DNA of 44,158 nucleotides from Chrysochromulina tobinii (lineage: Eukaryota), in assembly GCA_001275005.1 (NCBI GenBank), contig JWZX01002829.1, forward strand, positions 1-44,158, in the 5' to 3' direction. The notes beneath the pieces were generated by a model. That model was not told where the DNA came from and ran no database searches. It saw nothing but the letters and a program-made list of their open reading frames with translations. Below are positions 20,301 to 30,390 of this stretch, piece by piece. Position numbers and translations under genes: made by a program. Within the stretch, counting starts at the first letter, position 1; the number at the start of each line of letters is the position of its first letter.

Positions 20301-20578
20301 AGCGCATCGCCTTGTCGGCGCCAAGCGCCTGGGCCCGGCTGCATCAGCGCTGGATCCCGGGCCGGCGTCCACGGCCACCTTCGCCGCTGACCACGCTGCA
20401 GCAACCGATCCAGCGCGCCGTTGAGCGACTCGAGCGCGCGGCTCTCATACTTCGACGGGTTGGTGCGATACGCGGCCAAGGAGAGCGCGTTGTCGGCGGT
20501 GGCGGTCGCGACGCCACACGCCACCAGCATGAGATTACGACCGAACATGAACGTCTCGAGTTTCTGAGAACGCGACAT
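17354..20578 (-). CDS. PI4K: Phosphatidylinositol 4-kinase (type III, beta/Pik1-like) with an internal PH domain
   Basis: Helical domain LELYVPQL...HWALQLSW. PH domain MEGHLLKR...WTRRWFVLRGSVLFYY...PRGAMPL...WLRVL. Kinase motifs SKANDDVRQE, AIKDRHNGNLL, IDFGYILG, PFKLTRE. Start uncertain (20701, 20578 or 20548). Confidence 0.92.
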   Translation of the reverse strand: MSRSQKLETFMFGRNLMLVACGVATATADNALSLAAYRTNPSKYESRALESLNGALDRLLQRGQRRRWPWTPARDPALMQPGPGAWRRQGDALRILVQVWRHRDDPIFLPGACESLAELANDERAMDELELYVPQLAYIILGLPADSLLSSVLERFALRLCETNAHWALQLSWNVYAALEDNRPGGSLGVHGDPEAYSRAARLLQLIEQSIVYGAKMVNRDSLRSAALAHNIELWRQRVLARVQKLADDVQQLAEHVVPPHTREGEGALPTSVPSSQPVGSGGGGVLSAPAAAALQSRSRDRDLETGDHDLGAARDRDLGTEGGRLVASSAAARASPDGLFGSAVMEGHLLKRRNRDTYGVWRCCGESWTRRWFVLRGSVLFYYRRRSDSRPRGAMPLGQCNLEVRSSPRGDYIRLSARFSPHVMRIRAEGPASTELTHTWLRVLSAAAGLPGLPVLSSATRRAALPYRGSAGLVSSGARAIGSAKVDGLAVSSHSRSSSSSSSTSTSTSTSTSTSTISPGESDAPYGATPPSSAGVLPPVDILECADIASLSMSQRCSFLYLRAVRDFVRTLARLSEAVFTPGAAGLSGVRPLGDEATMRLEALLKDVRLPPLAYVPLCRSSEPLRPVTRISPCEGSVFVTRARASVLLMLEVVSDPHGRKLSELFSAVKDAREAIAGDLSSIFGGLAQPPLRQVSAEAAAAALEAGQSSFGGSGAEVFGGVAGDEEDDDDEARGVPPIRLRERPLVRIAPTSSFRASQSAETLRTAPISASEASAGEDVLDHVFGESWAAKTRRIRKASPAGHKRGWALLAMISKANDDVRQEVFVMQCLRFFQAIFPTPLWLRTYRILATGPSSGLIEMITDTTSLDRLKRRPGYTTLRAHFEAAYGGADSPAFAAAQLNFACSLAAASVVSYVLAIKDRHNGNLLLDRRGHLMNIDFGYILGQNTKIGVVSGESAVPFKLTREFVDVLGGPSASLFTDTFVDLCTAALRAIRDHADTLVGLTEVTMLAPALPCFQGTGRTPIEQMRKRLMLQLPDHLLRDRVRALIAQSLDHLGTKAYDRIQKVSFGIEA
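19026..19088 (-). repeat. Coding microsatellite (poly-Ser then Ser-Thr run) in PI4K
   Basis: (gctggt)n and (gct)n tracts on the + strand. Confidence 0.85.
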
Positions 20579-20933
20579 CTCGTGTGGAAACGCAGCCCGC
20601 ATGCAACAAACGAAGGTTGGGGGTGAGGGGGAATGGGGGGGGGACGCGGTTTTCAGGGTAAGGTGCGGGATAGAAAGCTGGGCTGCAGCTAGGAGCAACA
20701 TGTTCAAGCTTCCGGGGCACCTTATTCCAAAACACTACTTGACAATAAGTGATTAGGGGGCCAAGGCCAAGGGCTGGTGTTCCGTCTCCATAGTGGGTAA
20801 CATTGAAGGGCTGCTGAGGGCTATTTGGAGAGGCTCAGGCGCGACTTACCGCGGTCCTGGGCCTTGTAGACTCCATATTGATTCGTTGGTGCCTGCGGCG
20901 GCGGCACTCCGAGTGCAGGGAACATCACGAGGG

Positions 20934-21690
20934 TTAACGAGGGTGAGGCCGACCCGCGGTAGCCGAGGCGTTCGAGCGCGCATCGCCGAGCGCGTCGAGC
21001 TCCCGTTGCTCCGCGCGGATGACTCGGCGCACTAAGGCATCCCAGGTCTCACCCTCCATCGAGCACAGCAGCTCTAGGACCTCAAGACCTGCTCCAGAAC
21101 TCGCTTTCGACGATGATGCGGCCGCAGACGACGCAGCGGCTCCAGAGGTACTTGACGCCGTTGGGTTGAGCGCGTAGAAGTTGACAAGGCCGCGCAAGAG
21201 CGTCGTGATCGTGATGGCCTCATCGAAGGTGTCCTGTACTCGATGGGTACTTCCTGACACACGCGAATGACGGGCGCGGCGTGGCCGAAGCCGTCTCCAA
21301 ATGTGATGGTGCACTGCTCCCGTGATACGGTCTTTGGCATCGGCCCATGTGTGAGTTTCAGGTTCACGCGAACGATTGGGCTTATGTTCAAGGGAGGCAC
21401 GTGGGGCAATCAGGGCAGCACGCACTGGTCCTTGGCGGTCTTGACGTTCACGCCGGCGGCCCGAAGGCGAGCGCCGAGCGCGTCTAGGCCGGGTCGGCAG
21501 TGGACCGCCCATGGCGACCCAGGCGCCAGCCGGCACGAGCAGCCGAACGTCCCTGTCGTTTCTCCGCCTCTCATCTTGCCCTCGTGTGTGTGTGCACGCA
21601 TCGCATCAGCCGTGCGGCATGCATCCTCCGCCCGCTCGAGCGCTGCCGCCGCGCGCCGCCGCCGCTCCTGCCTGCAGCGCTGCAGCTATA
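20934..21690 (-). pseudogene. Disrupted ORF of unknown family directly downstream of the LTR relic
   Basis: A protein-like frame LQRCRQERRRRAAAALERAEDAC...KDQCVLP continues through TGA (21410-21412) as LPHVPPLNISPIVRVNL..., then needs a frameshift near 21240 to reach DTFDEAITITTLLRGLVNFYAL... Confidence 0.35.
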
Positions 21691-21704
21691 TGGCCACGCC
21701 GTGG

Positions 21705-22034
21705 CGTCATCATTATGAGGCAGCCGTAGATGTTCCGGTCGCCCCAAGAGGCGTCTGCCACCGCGTGGATGCCCGTTGTTGAGTCCACCGAGGGGTAGTC
21801 CGGACTGGTGTTTAGAACGAACAGGGTCACGAACACTCTCCGTCGTCTCTCCGGTGAGAATCCTCCGGTGTACCTCGCCAGAGCTCCCGTGTAGGCGTGT
21901 ACCTCGCCAGATCTCCCGTAGGAATCCGCCGGTATCTCGCCGGAGCTCACCGCGTCTACCGGTCTCTAGGTATGGTTCCGTTAGCCTGCTAAAGGACCCA
22001 CACCGGGGGGAATGACCCCACACTACCGCTCGCA
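21705..22034 (-). mobile_element. Relic of a related Copia element: diverged LTR joined directly to a short RNase H fragment
   Basis: Minus strand reads tgcgagcgg...ggtgtgggtcctttagcaggctaacggaaccatacctaga...gagataccgg...cgtgaccctgtt...ctaaac, collinear with 37922-38108. It is followed by GIHAVADASWGDRNIYGCLIMM, versus GIHAMADASWGERNIYGILIMM at 43053-43118. Confidence 0.85.
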
Positions 22035-22062
22035 GACTCACACAATTGAAACAGCGTGAGAC

Positions 22063-22985
22063 TTACTTTGGCAGCGCCTCGCCGGTGACCGCCAGGAAAC
22101 TTGCAGCGATCACGTCTGCAGCCAGCACCGCCGCTGCCGGCTCCACTGCCGCTGACTCCGATGCCGGCTCTAACGCCGGCTCCAACGCCGCCTGCGGTGG
22201 AGGCGGCGGAGGCAACGGCAGTGGAGGCGGCGGCGACGGCGGTGGCGGCGAAGGCGGCGCCGCCGCCAGGAGCACCGGCGCGGCAGAAGGCGCTGCTGCC
22301 GCTACCTGTGCCGCCGCCACCTGCGCCGCCACTTGTGCTGCCACCTGTGCCGCCGGTGCTGCTGCTACCAGTGCTCCAACTGATTCCTCAGCCTCCTCCT
22401 CCACCAAGGGCACCAGCGGTGGCGCCGCTGGCAGCGGCGGCGGCGGCGGCGGCTTCGGTGGCGGTGGCAGCGGCGGCGGCAGCGCCTCTCCTGTCACTGC
22501 CAGGAAACTTGCAGAGATCGCCTCTGCCACCGCTGTGGCCGCCGTCGGCACTGCCTCGGCCGCCACTGCATGCACTTTTGCCGTGGCAGCGGCCGCTGCC
22601 GCCTCGGCAGCCGCCTTCGCCTCCTCCTCAGCAGCTGCCTCCTCAGCAGCAGCTGCCTTCGCCGCCGCCTTCGCCTCCGCCTCAGCCGCTGCCTCGGCCG
22701 CGTCCGCCTCTGCCTCGGCCGCGGCCGCAGCCTCCTCCGCCGCTGCTGCTTCCTCTTCGGCGAGTGCAGCCGCCGCCCGCGCCTGCGCGAGCTCCTTCTC
22801 AGCTGCTGCCACTTGTTCCACCGGTGCTGCTACTACCGCGGCAGCCGGCGCGGGCGCGGCAGAAGGCGCTGCTGCTGCCACCTGTGCCGCCGCCACCTGC
22901 GCCGCCACTTGTGCTGCCACCTGTGCCGCCGGTGCTGCTGCTACAGTTGCTGCAACTGCTGCCTTACCCTCCTCCTCCTCCGCCA

Positions 22986-23020
<35 letters not shown>

Positions 23021-26000
23021 AGCGCCTCTCCTGTCACTGCCAGGAAACTTGCTGCGATCGCCTCTGTCGCCACCGCCTCCGCGGCGGACGCCGCAGGAGG
23101 CTCCTCGGCCTGCGGCTGCGCTACCGCCGCGCGTGCCACCGCTGCGCGCGCCACCGCCGTGCGCGCCTCCGCCGCCTCGTGCTCCGCCCTGGTCGCGGCC
23201 AGCTTGGCTTTCGCCTCGACCGCCGCAGCACGCGCCTTGATGGCGGCCTGTCGCTTCGCCACAGGCACAGAACTCAAGGGTGGCACCGGTCGCTGAACTT
23301 GGGATGGCGTTGACGGCTCCCTCGAGGGCATGCCCAAGTGGACAGTATTCCTGATCAAATCGTCCGTCAGTGTTGAGGTAATCCCAACTCGATCCTCTTC
23401 TGGTGTCACCATGCCACTATCTCGACGAGATTGACGGGTTGATGGCCGCGAGGGCATGCCCAAGTTGACAGAGAAACTGATCAAATCGTCTGTCAGCGTT
23501 GAGGCAACCCTCTGTCGATCCTCTTGTGGCGTCAACGGCGGAGGCTGCTGCGTTCCATTCGCGGCGAAGTAGTGCGCTGCCGGCCCTTGAGCGAGGCGCT
23601 GCGCCATCTCGAAGCCCTCTCCAAGCCCACGCCATCTCGAGCTCCCTCTCGAATTCGCATCCCGAACAAGGCGCGGGACCTGGACCGGTTCCAGCGGAGC
23701 AAGGTTGGTTGGTGGTAATAATGGAAGGCGGCCTGCGGACCTCGACATATGCATTGACGGCGTATGAGTGCGCTTGAAGCCAGCAAGCAGCCCGTCGGAA
23801 AGGCGCGCAAGCGCAGCCATCAGATCGGGATCCGTGCTCTGCTCGACCGTCGACTGCAATGGTGCTGAGTCTCGCGGCCGTGGCCCTCCCCAGCGCTCGG
23901 TCTCTTTCTCGTAGGCAGGCACGGACAGCTGCCGCGGAGGCAGAGCTGGTGCAACAGGCCGCAGGCAGTATGAGGAGTTGGTGAGGCGTGAGCCGCTCGA
24001 GCTACTGAGGTTGCGAGAGCTAGTGAAATTGCGAGGGTTCATGCTGCCACGGGGCCATGCGAATTCCATCTCGGGCTCCTTCCCTTCTTGCATCCTGCGC
24101 TCCATGAGCTCGAGCATTCGCTCCGACTGCGCCAACGACACGACCGGGGCCGCTCCAAGTCTGTGGATGCCGTCATCAATAAGAGGACGGGGCGATGCGA
24201 GCACTTCGTTGAGCATCTGGCTCATGGTCCGACGTCGCTGCTCGGTTTCAATTTGCCCTCGCATCCGAGCTTGGCGCCGTGCGTCGTCTGCCGCACGGCG
24301 GCGCTCGTGTTCAGCCGCCAGCCGTGCTTCAAGCTCCGCCATGCGTTTCTCGTGCCCCGCCGTAGCCACTTTAACGTATTCATCATAGTCAAAGACTGGC
24401 CGCGATGGCGGTGGCTTCATCCTAAGAGGCGGCACAGGCGGTACACGCCTCAACTCTCCCAGAGGCGGCTTTGGCCGCTCCCGGCCTGCATCGAGGAGTG
24501 TGGCACATTCGCCTGTCATGAAGAGCTTGAATTCGTCGCGCATCACGGCGTCTGAGTCGTCGGCGTCGAGAACGCACCACAACGCTTTGAGCGCCTCGTC
24601 AGACATCTCGCCTTTGCCAATTCGGAGCTTTGTGCGTGTTGCATCTTGGAACTCGTCATACGTCATGAACGAGCTTCCGTCCACGTCCATCTCGGCAAAC
24701 AGCTGGAACCACGACAAGGACTCCTTTGTGGCAGCAAGGTCACGAGTGCGGGTGCCTCCGATCCGGTGACGTGACTCCTCAAGCCGCTTGTTGAAGACCT
24801 TCGAGAGCGCGAGCAGCTCTTCTTCACTGTGTAAGGCAATGCTTGCAGCCTCGAGCTCGGCCCGCATGTCGCGAGTGGGAATGACCTCGAGTGCCGCCCC
24901 ACGCCTTAAGAAGGCACCAAAAGCCTGACCTTTGTGGAACGCCTGGCCACCAAACTTGGGCTTGGTCTTCTTGGGCGGGTTGTAGCGCTTCAGGAACCTC
25001 GCTAGCTCATCAAAACGAAGGGCATTCGAGTCGTCCTCGTCGAGCGCGCACCAGAGAGCCTTGATGCCGTTGGCGGAAAGTTCTGACTTGCTGAGCCCCA
25101 GCTTTTGGCGGGCAACCATTTGAAACTCGTCGAAGGTGATCTCACCGCTGCCATCCTTGTCCATCTCCTGGAAGAGGCCACGCCAGGAAATATCGCTGTT
25201 GGCAAGCTTCCTTCCAACTTGGCGCGCAAGCTCGAGGCCCTCGTGGAAATACTTTGCCAGAGCATTGAGCCGTCCATCATCGGGGAGCGGCTCGCCTGCT
25301 GCTTCCAACTCACCTCTCATCACAATAGTAGGCGTGGATGCAATGGCCTCGGCCGAGGTGAGCGTGTACTGGATGCCACCTCCCCTCCCTCCGAACATTT
25401 TCTTGGCTGGCTTCGGAGGTTTGTAGCGACTTAAAAAGCGCTTGAACTCTGTGGGATGAATCGAATCGTCACTGTCCTCGTCGAGAGCGCAGTAGAGTGC
25501 CTTCAAGCCGTTCAAGGATATCACAGAGGGTTTCAACTTGAGCTTCTGCCGCGTGACCACCTCGAGCTCATCGAATGTGATGAGACCATCGCCATTTTCA
25601 TCCACAGAGCTGAAGAGCTGATACCATGACACAACTCCTTGGGCCTTGGTGCCTATTGCGATACGGTATGCCAATAAGGCCTCGTGATAGCATTTTGCCA
25701 GCGCAGCGAGCGTCTCATCATCGGGCAGCACCTCGCCAGCCTCCTCGAGCTCTACTCGCATCTGGGCCGTCGGCGTACATTCGATCGCCTCGCCTGACGT
25801 GAACGCGGAAAGGGTGCCAGCAATATCTGCGCTCCCAGTGGTACCTCCCTTGCCACCAAAGCGCGTCCCAACCGTGTACTCCTTCTCACCGAGCCTCAGA
25901 AAGCGCCGAAACTCGTCAGACTTTACAGTGTTGCTGTCGTCAGCATCAATGGCGCACCACAGCGCTTTGAGCTCAACGTCAGACACCTCCGAGTGCAAGA

Positions 26001-26721
26001 CTCTCAACTTTCGACGTGCCTGGTACTCAAACTCTTCCAGCGTAATGTTACCTGACCGGTCCGCATCCAGCTCGCAAAAGAGGTTGAACCACGAACCATC
26101 ACCCTGCGCCTTGTCCAACGACGCGGTTTGCGAGCGCTTACGCGACTCTTCGAGGCGCTCATTGAACAAGCGAGAGAGGGCGACCAGCGCATCATCGACG
26201 GGTGGTGCAACACCAGCCGCCACCAGCTGGAGTCGAATTTCGCTCGTCGGCGTTGTTTCGAGTGCTTGGTTGAAAACATCATTCTCATATCCCATAAGAG
26301 TGCCTGTGCCCGATCCGCCAAACTTTGGGCCACTGTCATGGAAGAATGTTCCTCGTCTGATGAAGCGCCTGAACTCATCATTGGTCAAGGAATTGTCATC
26401 GTTGACATCAAGCGCACACCAAAGTGCGTTGATCTCGGTCTCGCTAAGTTCGCTCGGTTTCATCTTGAACTTGCTGCGCACTGCTGAAGTGAGCTCATCG
26501 AGCGTGATAATGCCGCTCCCGTCCTTGTCGAAAGTGCTGAAGACGTGGTGCCAGGACAGGTCACCCTGGTTCTTTTCGCCGATGGCCGTCCGCAACGCCT
26601 CAAGGCGATCAATAAAGATCTGGGCGAGCGCAGCGAGCCGCTCATCGTCGGGCAGCGCAACGTTTGCCGCCTCGAGCTCGGCTCGTATAACTGCCGTGGG
26701 CTTGGAAGGGATGGCCGCCAT
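22063..26721 (-). CDS. Large calcium-binding protein with five tandem EF-hand-pair modules and an Ala/Pro/Glu-rich tail
   Basis: Five ~150-aa units SW..lF...D.DgSG.IT.dEf...R.Kl......S...lKALwCAlD.DdS..i...Ef.RF. Tail has AASFLAVTGEALP three times. ATG at 26721. Confidence 0.88.
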
Positions 26722-27081
26722 GTAGCCCACGGTCGTCGGCCCCTGATGCGGGACGAGGAGAGCGGCGCACGCGAGGCGCGCGCGCGTGCCTCTCAAGAGT
26801 GCGTGCGCTGCGCGCGTTCTGAAACCGATCCCGGAATACGTACCGGTAAACTGACCGGACGTGAACATCAAATTGTTTACCACCTAGTAAGTACGTAAGA
26901 ACATGGGACGCTTCACGCTAAGCTACGCTAGCAAGCTATCGGTTGGTTCTCGGAGTCTGCGCGGATACAACAACCGGCTCTACTGGCCAAGCCGCTGAGC
27001 GAAGAGCCCGCTGGAACACGACATAGTGCTAAATTTGATAGGAATTCCTACATTGAAGCTAAGAGCTATGTCCCATGAGTT

Positions 27082-30000
27082 TCACCCGCGCCACACTCGC
27101 TGGGCCGCGAGCCTAGCGTCAAGCCTGGCGCGTTCGGTCCACGGCAGCGCTTGATCAGCTACTTCGAGTTCATCGAGAAAGTGGCCGAGGAAGGCGGCCT
27201 TCCACCACTGTGCGCCGATGAGATAGATGAGAGGCTGCTTGCTCTTGCGTGTCGATCCTCGCGCGGAGTTGCCACGCTCGCCTGGCTTGACGGGCAGCTT
27301 CGGTTGCCGCATCATGGCTTCTCCGAAGAGCGACGCCACACGCGAGTCGAGCTGGGCGTTGATCGACGCGACAGCGAAGCCCCCTTGCTGGTTGGCTTCG
27401 GCGCCCGTACCGTTTTGGCTTAGCAGCCGGTCAGGCAAGTATTCCTGGCCCTCGAGTGCTGCTGCGGCGGCAGGCCGCAGGGCCTCGGGCATGCCGGAGG
27501 CTGGCGTCGCGGGAACAGTTGGCGGTGTTGGCGGCGGTACTGGTGGAGCGGAGCCCCTGCACACGACGGTGGCAGCGGCAGCGGCAGCGGCAGCGGCGGC
27601 GGCGGCGGCGGCGGCAGCGTGCGCGCGCAGCAGCCGCCGTAGAAAGAGGACGATGGCCTCGAAGACGCTGTAGTGCTCTGGCGGCAGTTGCTCGACCAGG
27701 GCGAACGCTGCCGCCCTGGAGCCTGCTGCCTTCTCTGCGGCCTCGAGGAGCTGTGGCATGATCACCGATTCGGCCAACGCGTTGCACCACCTGATGAGAG
27801 TGGCGCCGTGGCATGTCAGGGGCACAGCCGGCAGTGCGCCGCCCTCATCGAGCGCGGCGACTACCGCCGCACACGCCGCCTCGTCTGACGGCTCAGTGTA
27901 GAACAGCGCGGCCAGTTGTGTGCACGCGCCGGCCGCGGCCATCGAGACCGCGGCCGCCGTGGCCGCCGAGGCCGCGGCTGCCGAGGCCGCAGCCGCAGCC
28001 CTCGCATGCTGATGTGTATCCTCCGAAGTCTCCAGCAAGGGCGCGGCCGCAGCCGCAGAGGCATCCGAAGTTGCTGTGGCAGCTGCGGCGTCCGCCGCCG
28101 CGGCCGCCTCCGTCGCGCGCCGCACCTCAGCATCGAGGACTTCGAGCAAGACGCTGAGCTCATGCGGCATCGCGCCGCCGTGTGCCGCCGCCTCGGGCGC
28201 GCGCGCAGCGTCGGGGTACCGTGGGGGCCGAATGGGCGCGCCGACGGCAGTACGGTCGAGCAGGCGGCGCCCGAGGCACGTTGCCTGCCAGCTCGCGCCC
28301 ACCGTCACGTAGTAATCACGCCCGTTTTGGAGCCGTAGCAGCAGGATACTCTCGAGAGCGACTGCGCCGGGGCTCTCTGCGGCGACAGCGCCTGTCGCTT
28401 CCCTGTTCAGCTCGGCCGCGTACGGCGTCTCGACGAGTGCCGTCAGCTGCACGTGGCACACCTCGCCCGGCATGAGCAGGTTGGAGGCGGGGTGCAGATC
28501 GAGCCATTCAGGTCGATGGTGCGAATGGTCCGGCAGCGGCTCGAAGGAGAACTTGAGGGCGGTCTGCCCCGCATTCGTGAGCGTCATCGTGCGTCGCGTC
28601 GGGATGCCGTACGCGAGCTTCCCAAACTCAAACTCGGTCATGTCCAGCGCCACCGTGGGCACGCAGGAGTTTTCCCACGCGTCGAGCGAGCGTGTAATCT
28701 CCGAGCGTACACGCTCTCGAGCGGACACATCCTGCACGGCGACGTGCCACGCCAGCCGCGCCGAGACGGGCCGATGGTCAGAGGTGCGCTCATCATGCCG
28801 CACGTACTCCGAGCAGCTCACGCGCGCGCCCTGGTCTCCTTCACGCCAGAGCACGCGGTCGCACCACGCGGGTGGCCGGCGTTTCTCAGACGAGTCGAAG
28901 GAGTCGGTGCCGACGTCGTACTTGTATGTGGGCGCGAAGGTGAGGGGTGCCTCCTCAAAGCCGTCGTTGAACGCTTTCTCGTCGCGCTGCGCCTGGCCGA
29001 GCTGGTCGTGGGCGTGTAAGACCTCGTAGTCGCCCCTCTCGGCGAGAGTGCGCGCCATGTCCCCGGCAAGGTTCAGCCGATAGTTGAGGTCGCCGAACCA
29101 CACAACTAGATTGTGCTCGAGGACAGTCTCCGGCAGGGGCGATTCGGGCGATTCGGGCGGGTCCGAGCCGCCGCCGCTGCGCATCGTACTGCTCGTCTGT
29201 GAACTACCGTCCGAGCCGCCGCCGCCGCCGCCGCCGCTGCCGCTGCTGCCGCCGCTGCCCCCGTGGGGCAGCCGGCTCAAGGTCCGGTCGAGGGTCGCTG
29301 CGCTGTCGAGGGGCTGTGGGAAGCTCAGGCGCAGGAGCAGCTGGGCGTACTCGAGGTTGCGTGCCTCGGTCGCGTTCGAGCCCGAGGCCATGTGCGCGCA
29401 CACGAAGCACACGTTGCTCGAGTGGATACGCAGGCTCGCCGCCACGGCGCCCTTGTTGCCCACCAGGCCGAGCAGGCCGGTGCCCACGGCGCACACGCGC
29501 GGCGTGCCGCACGCCGATGCGAGCTCTTCGCGCACGTACACGAGCAGCACAATGCCCATCATCTGGCGGCAGACGAGCTGACGGAAGGCTCCGTCATACG
29601 TCACCGAACGCAGCGCCAAGCTGAGCGCACTTTCCCACAGGATCGCGCTGCCCTCGAGCGGGCCGTCGTTGCCCTTGCCCACGTTTTCGGCGTTCAGCTT
29701 CACCGCCTCCTGCAGCCCAAATGCAAAGACGGAGCAGTCGGAGATGAGCGGCTTGAGGTGGACCTGGATCGTCCGCTCCAAATCGGACGGTGGCTTCTTG
29801 CCAGCGACATTCCATGTGAACACGCGCACGCTGAGCGGCTTGCGCACAGTGTAGTCGGCTTCGCGCGCCACCATGTGCCGGCGCACCCAGCTGTCGCGGA
29901 TCTCGCCGAACAATGACGGGTCATACTCGCGCTCTGCGGCGTTGAAGGCGCCACCCGACTCCGTTTCCTCAGGCCTGGTGTCCTTTCCTGACTTGTTTCG

Positions 30001-30159
30001 CCGAAAGAGCCTTCCAATTCTCGCGACGCTGCGTGCGGATCCATTGGAGACGGTAGTCGAGAGCGAGGAGTTGTTCGCGGCCCGGAAGTGAGGCGCCTTA
30101 CCAGGTTGAATCGCGTCCGCGTCAAGGAGGCGTGCGCCTATGCACTCAGCTTCCGGCAT
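27082..30159 (-). CDS. OCRL: Inositol polyphosphate 5-phosphatase, OCRL/INPP5B type (5-phosphatase + ASH + RhoGAP-like)
   Basis: TWNVAG, FGLQE, GNKGAV, WFGDLNYRL, PTYKYD, PAWCDRVLW, SDHRPV; ASH-like LTNAGQ...WLDLHP...LMPGE; degenerate RhoGAP-like LPPEHYSVFEAIVLFLR. Confidence 0.93.
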   Translation of the reverse strand: MPEAECIGARLLDADAIQPGKAPHFRAANNSSLSTTVSNGSARSVARIGRLFRRNKSGKDTRPEETESGGAFNAAEREYDPSLFGEIRDSWVRRHMVAREADYTVRKPLSVRVFTWNVAGKKPPSDLERTIQVHLKPLISDCSVFAFGLQEAVKLNAENVGKGNDGPLEGSAILWESALSLALRSVTYDGAFRQLVCRQMMGIVLLVYVREELASACGTPRVCAVGTGLLGLVGNKGAVAASLRIHSSNVCFVCAHMASGSNATEARNLEYAQLLLRLSFPQPLDSAATLDRTLSRLPHGGSGGSSGSGGGGGGGSDGSSQTSSTMRSGGGSDPPESPESPLPETVLEHNLVVWFGDLNYRLNLAGDMARTLAERGDYEVLHAHDQLGQAQRDEKAFNDGFEEAPLTFAPTYKYDVGTDSFDSSEKRRPPAWCDRVLWREGDQGARVSCSEYVRHDERTSDHRPVSARLAWHVAVQDVSARERVRSEITRSLDAWENSCVPTVALDMTEFEFGKLAYGIPTRRTMTLTNAGQTALKFSFEPLPDHSHHRPEWLDLHPASNLLMPGEVCHVQLTALVETPYAAELNREATGAVAAESPGAVALESILLLRLQNGRDYYVTVGASWQATCLGRRLLDRTAVGAPIRPPRYPDAARAPEAAAHGGAMPHELSVLLEVLDAEVRRATEAAAAADAAAATATSDASAAAAAPLLETSEDTHQHARAAAAASAAAASAATAAAVSMAAAGACTQLAALFYTEPSDEAACAAVVAALDEGGALPAVPLTCHGATLIRWCNALAESVIMPQLLEAAEKAAGSRAAAFALVEQLPPEHYSVFEAIVLFLRRLLRAHAAAAAAAAAAAAAAAATVVCRGSAPPVPPPTPPTVPATPASGMPEALRPAAAAALEGQEYLPDRLLSQNGTGAEANQQGGFAVASINAQLDSRVASLFGEAMMRQPKLPVKPGERGNSARGSTRKSKQPLIYLIGAQWWKAAFLGHFLDELEVADQALPWTERARLDARLAAQRVWRG

Positions 30160-30390
30160 TCTCTACCTCACGCCGATTACCAACGCAATCACGATGAGCC
30201 GTTCACGTTCACGTTCTCGAGGATAACGAGCCTTGAATGCCTCTTTTCATGCTGAAGGCATGCCATAAAGTTACGTGAAGCAACGAAACAAAGAAATATG
30301 TGTAGCGAGATTTGCTGACAACACTGCGGACGAGTCGTACAAAGGGAGACCTGGCTAAGGGGGAAAGGTCCTCTGCGGCGCAGAGCCGCT

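Noticed and set aside
22046..23313. Long + strand ORFs (416, 379 and 247 aa)
   Set aside because: Antisense shadows of the Ala/Pro low-complexity tail; GCC-rich sequence lacks stops.
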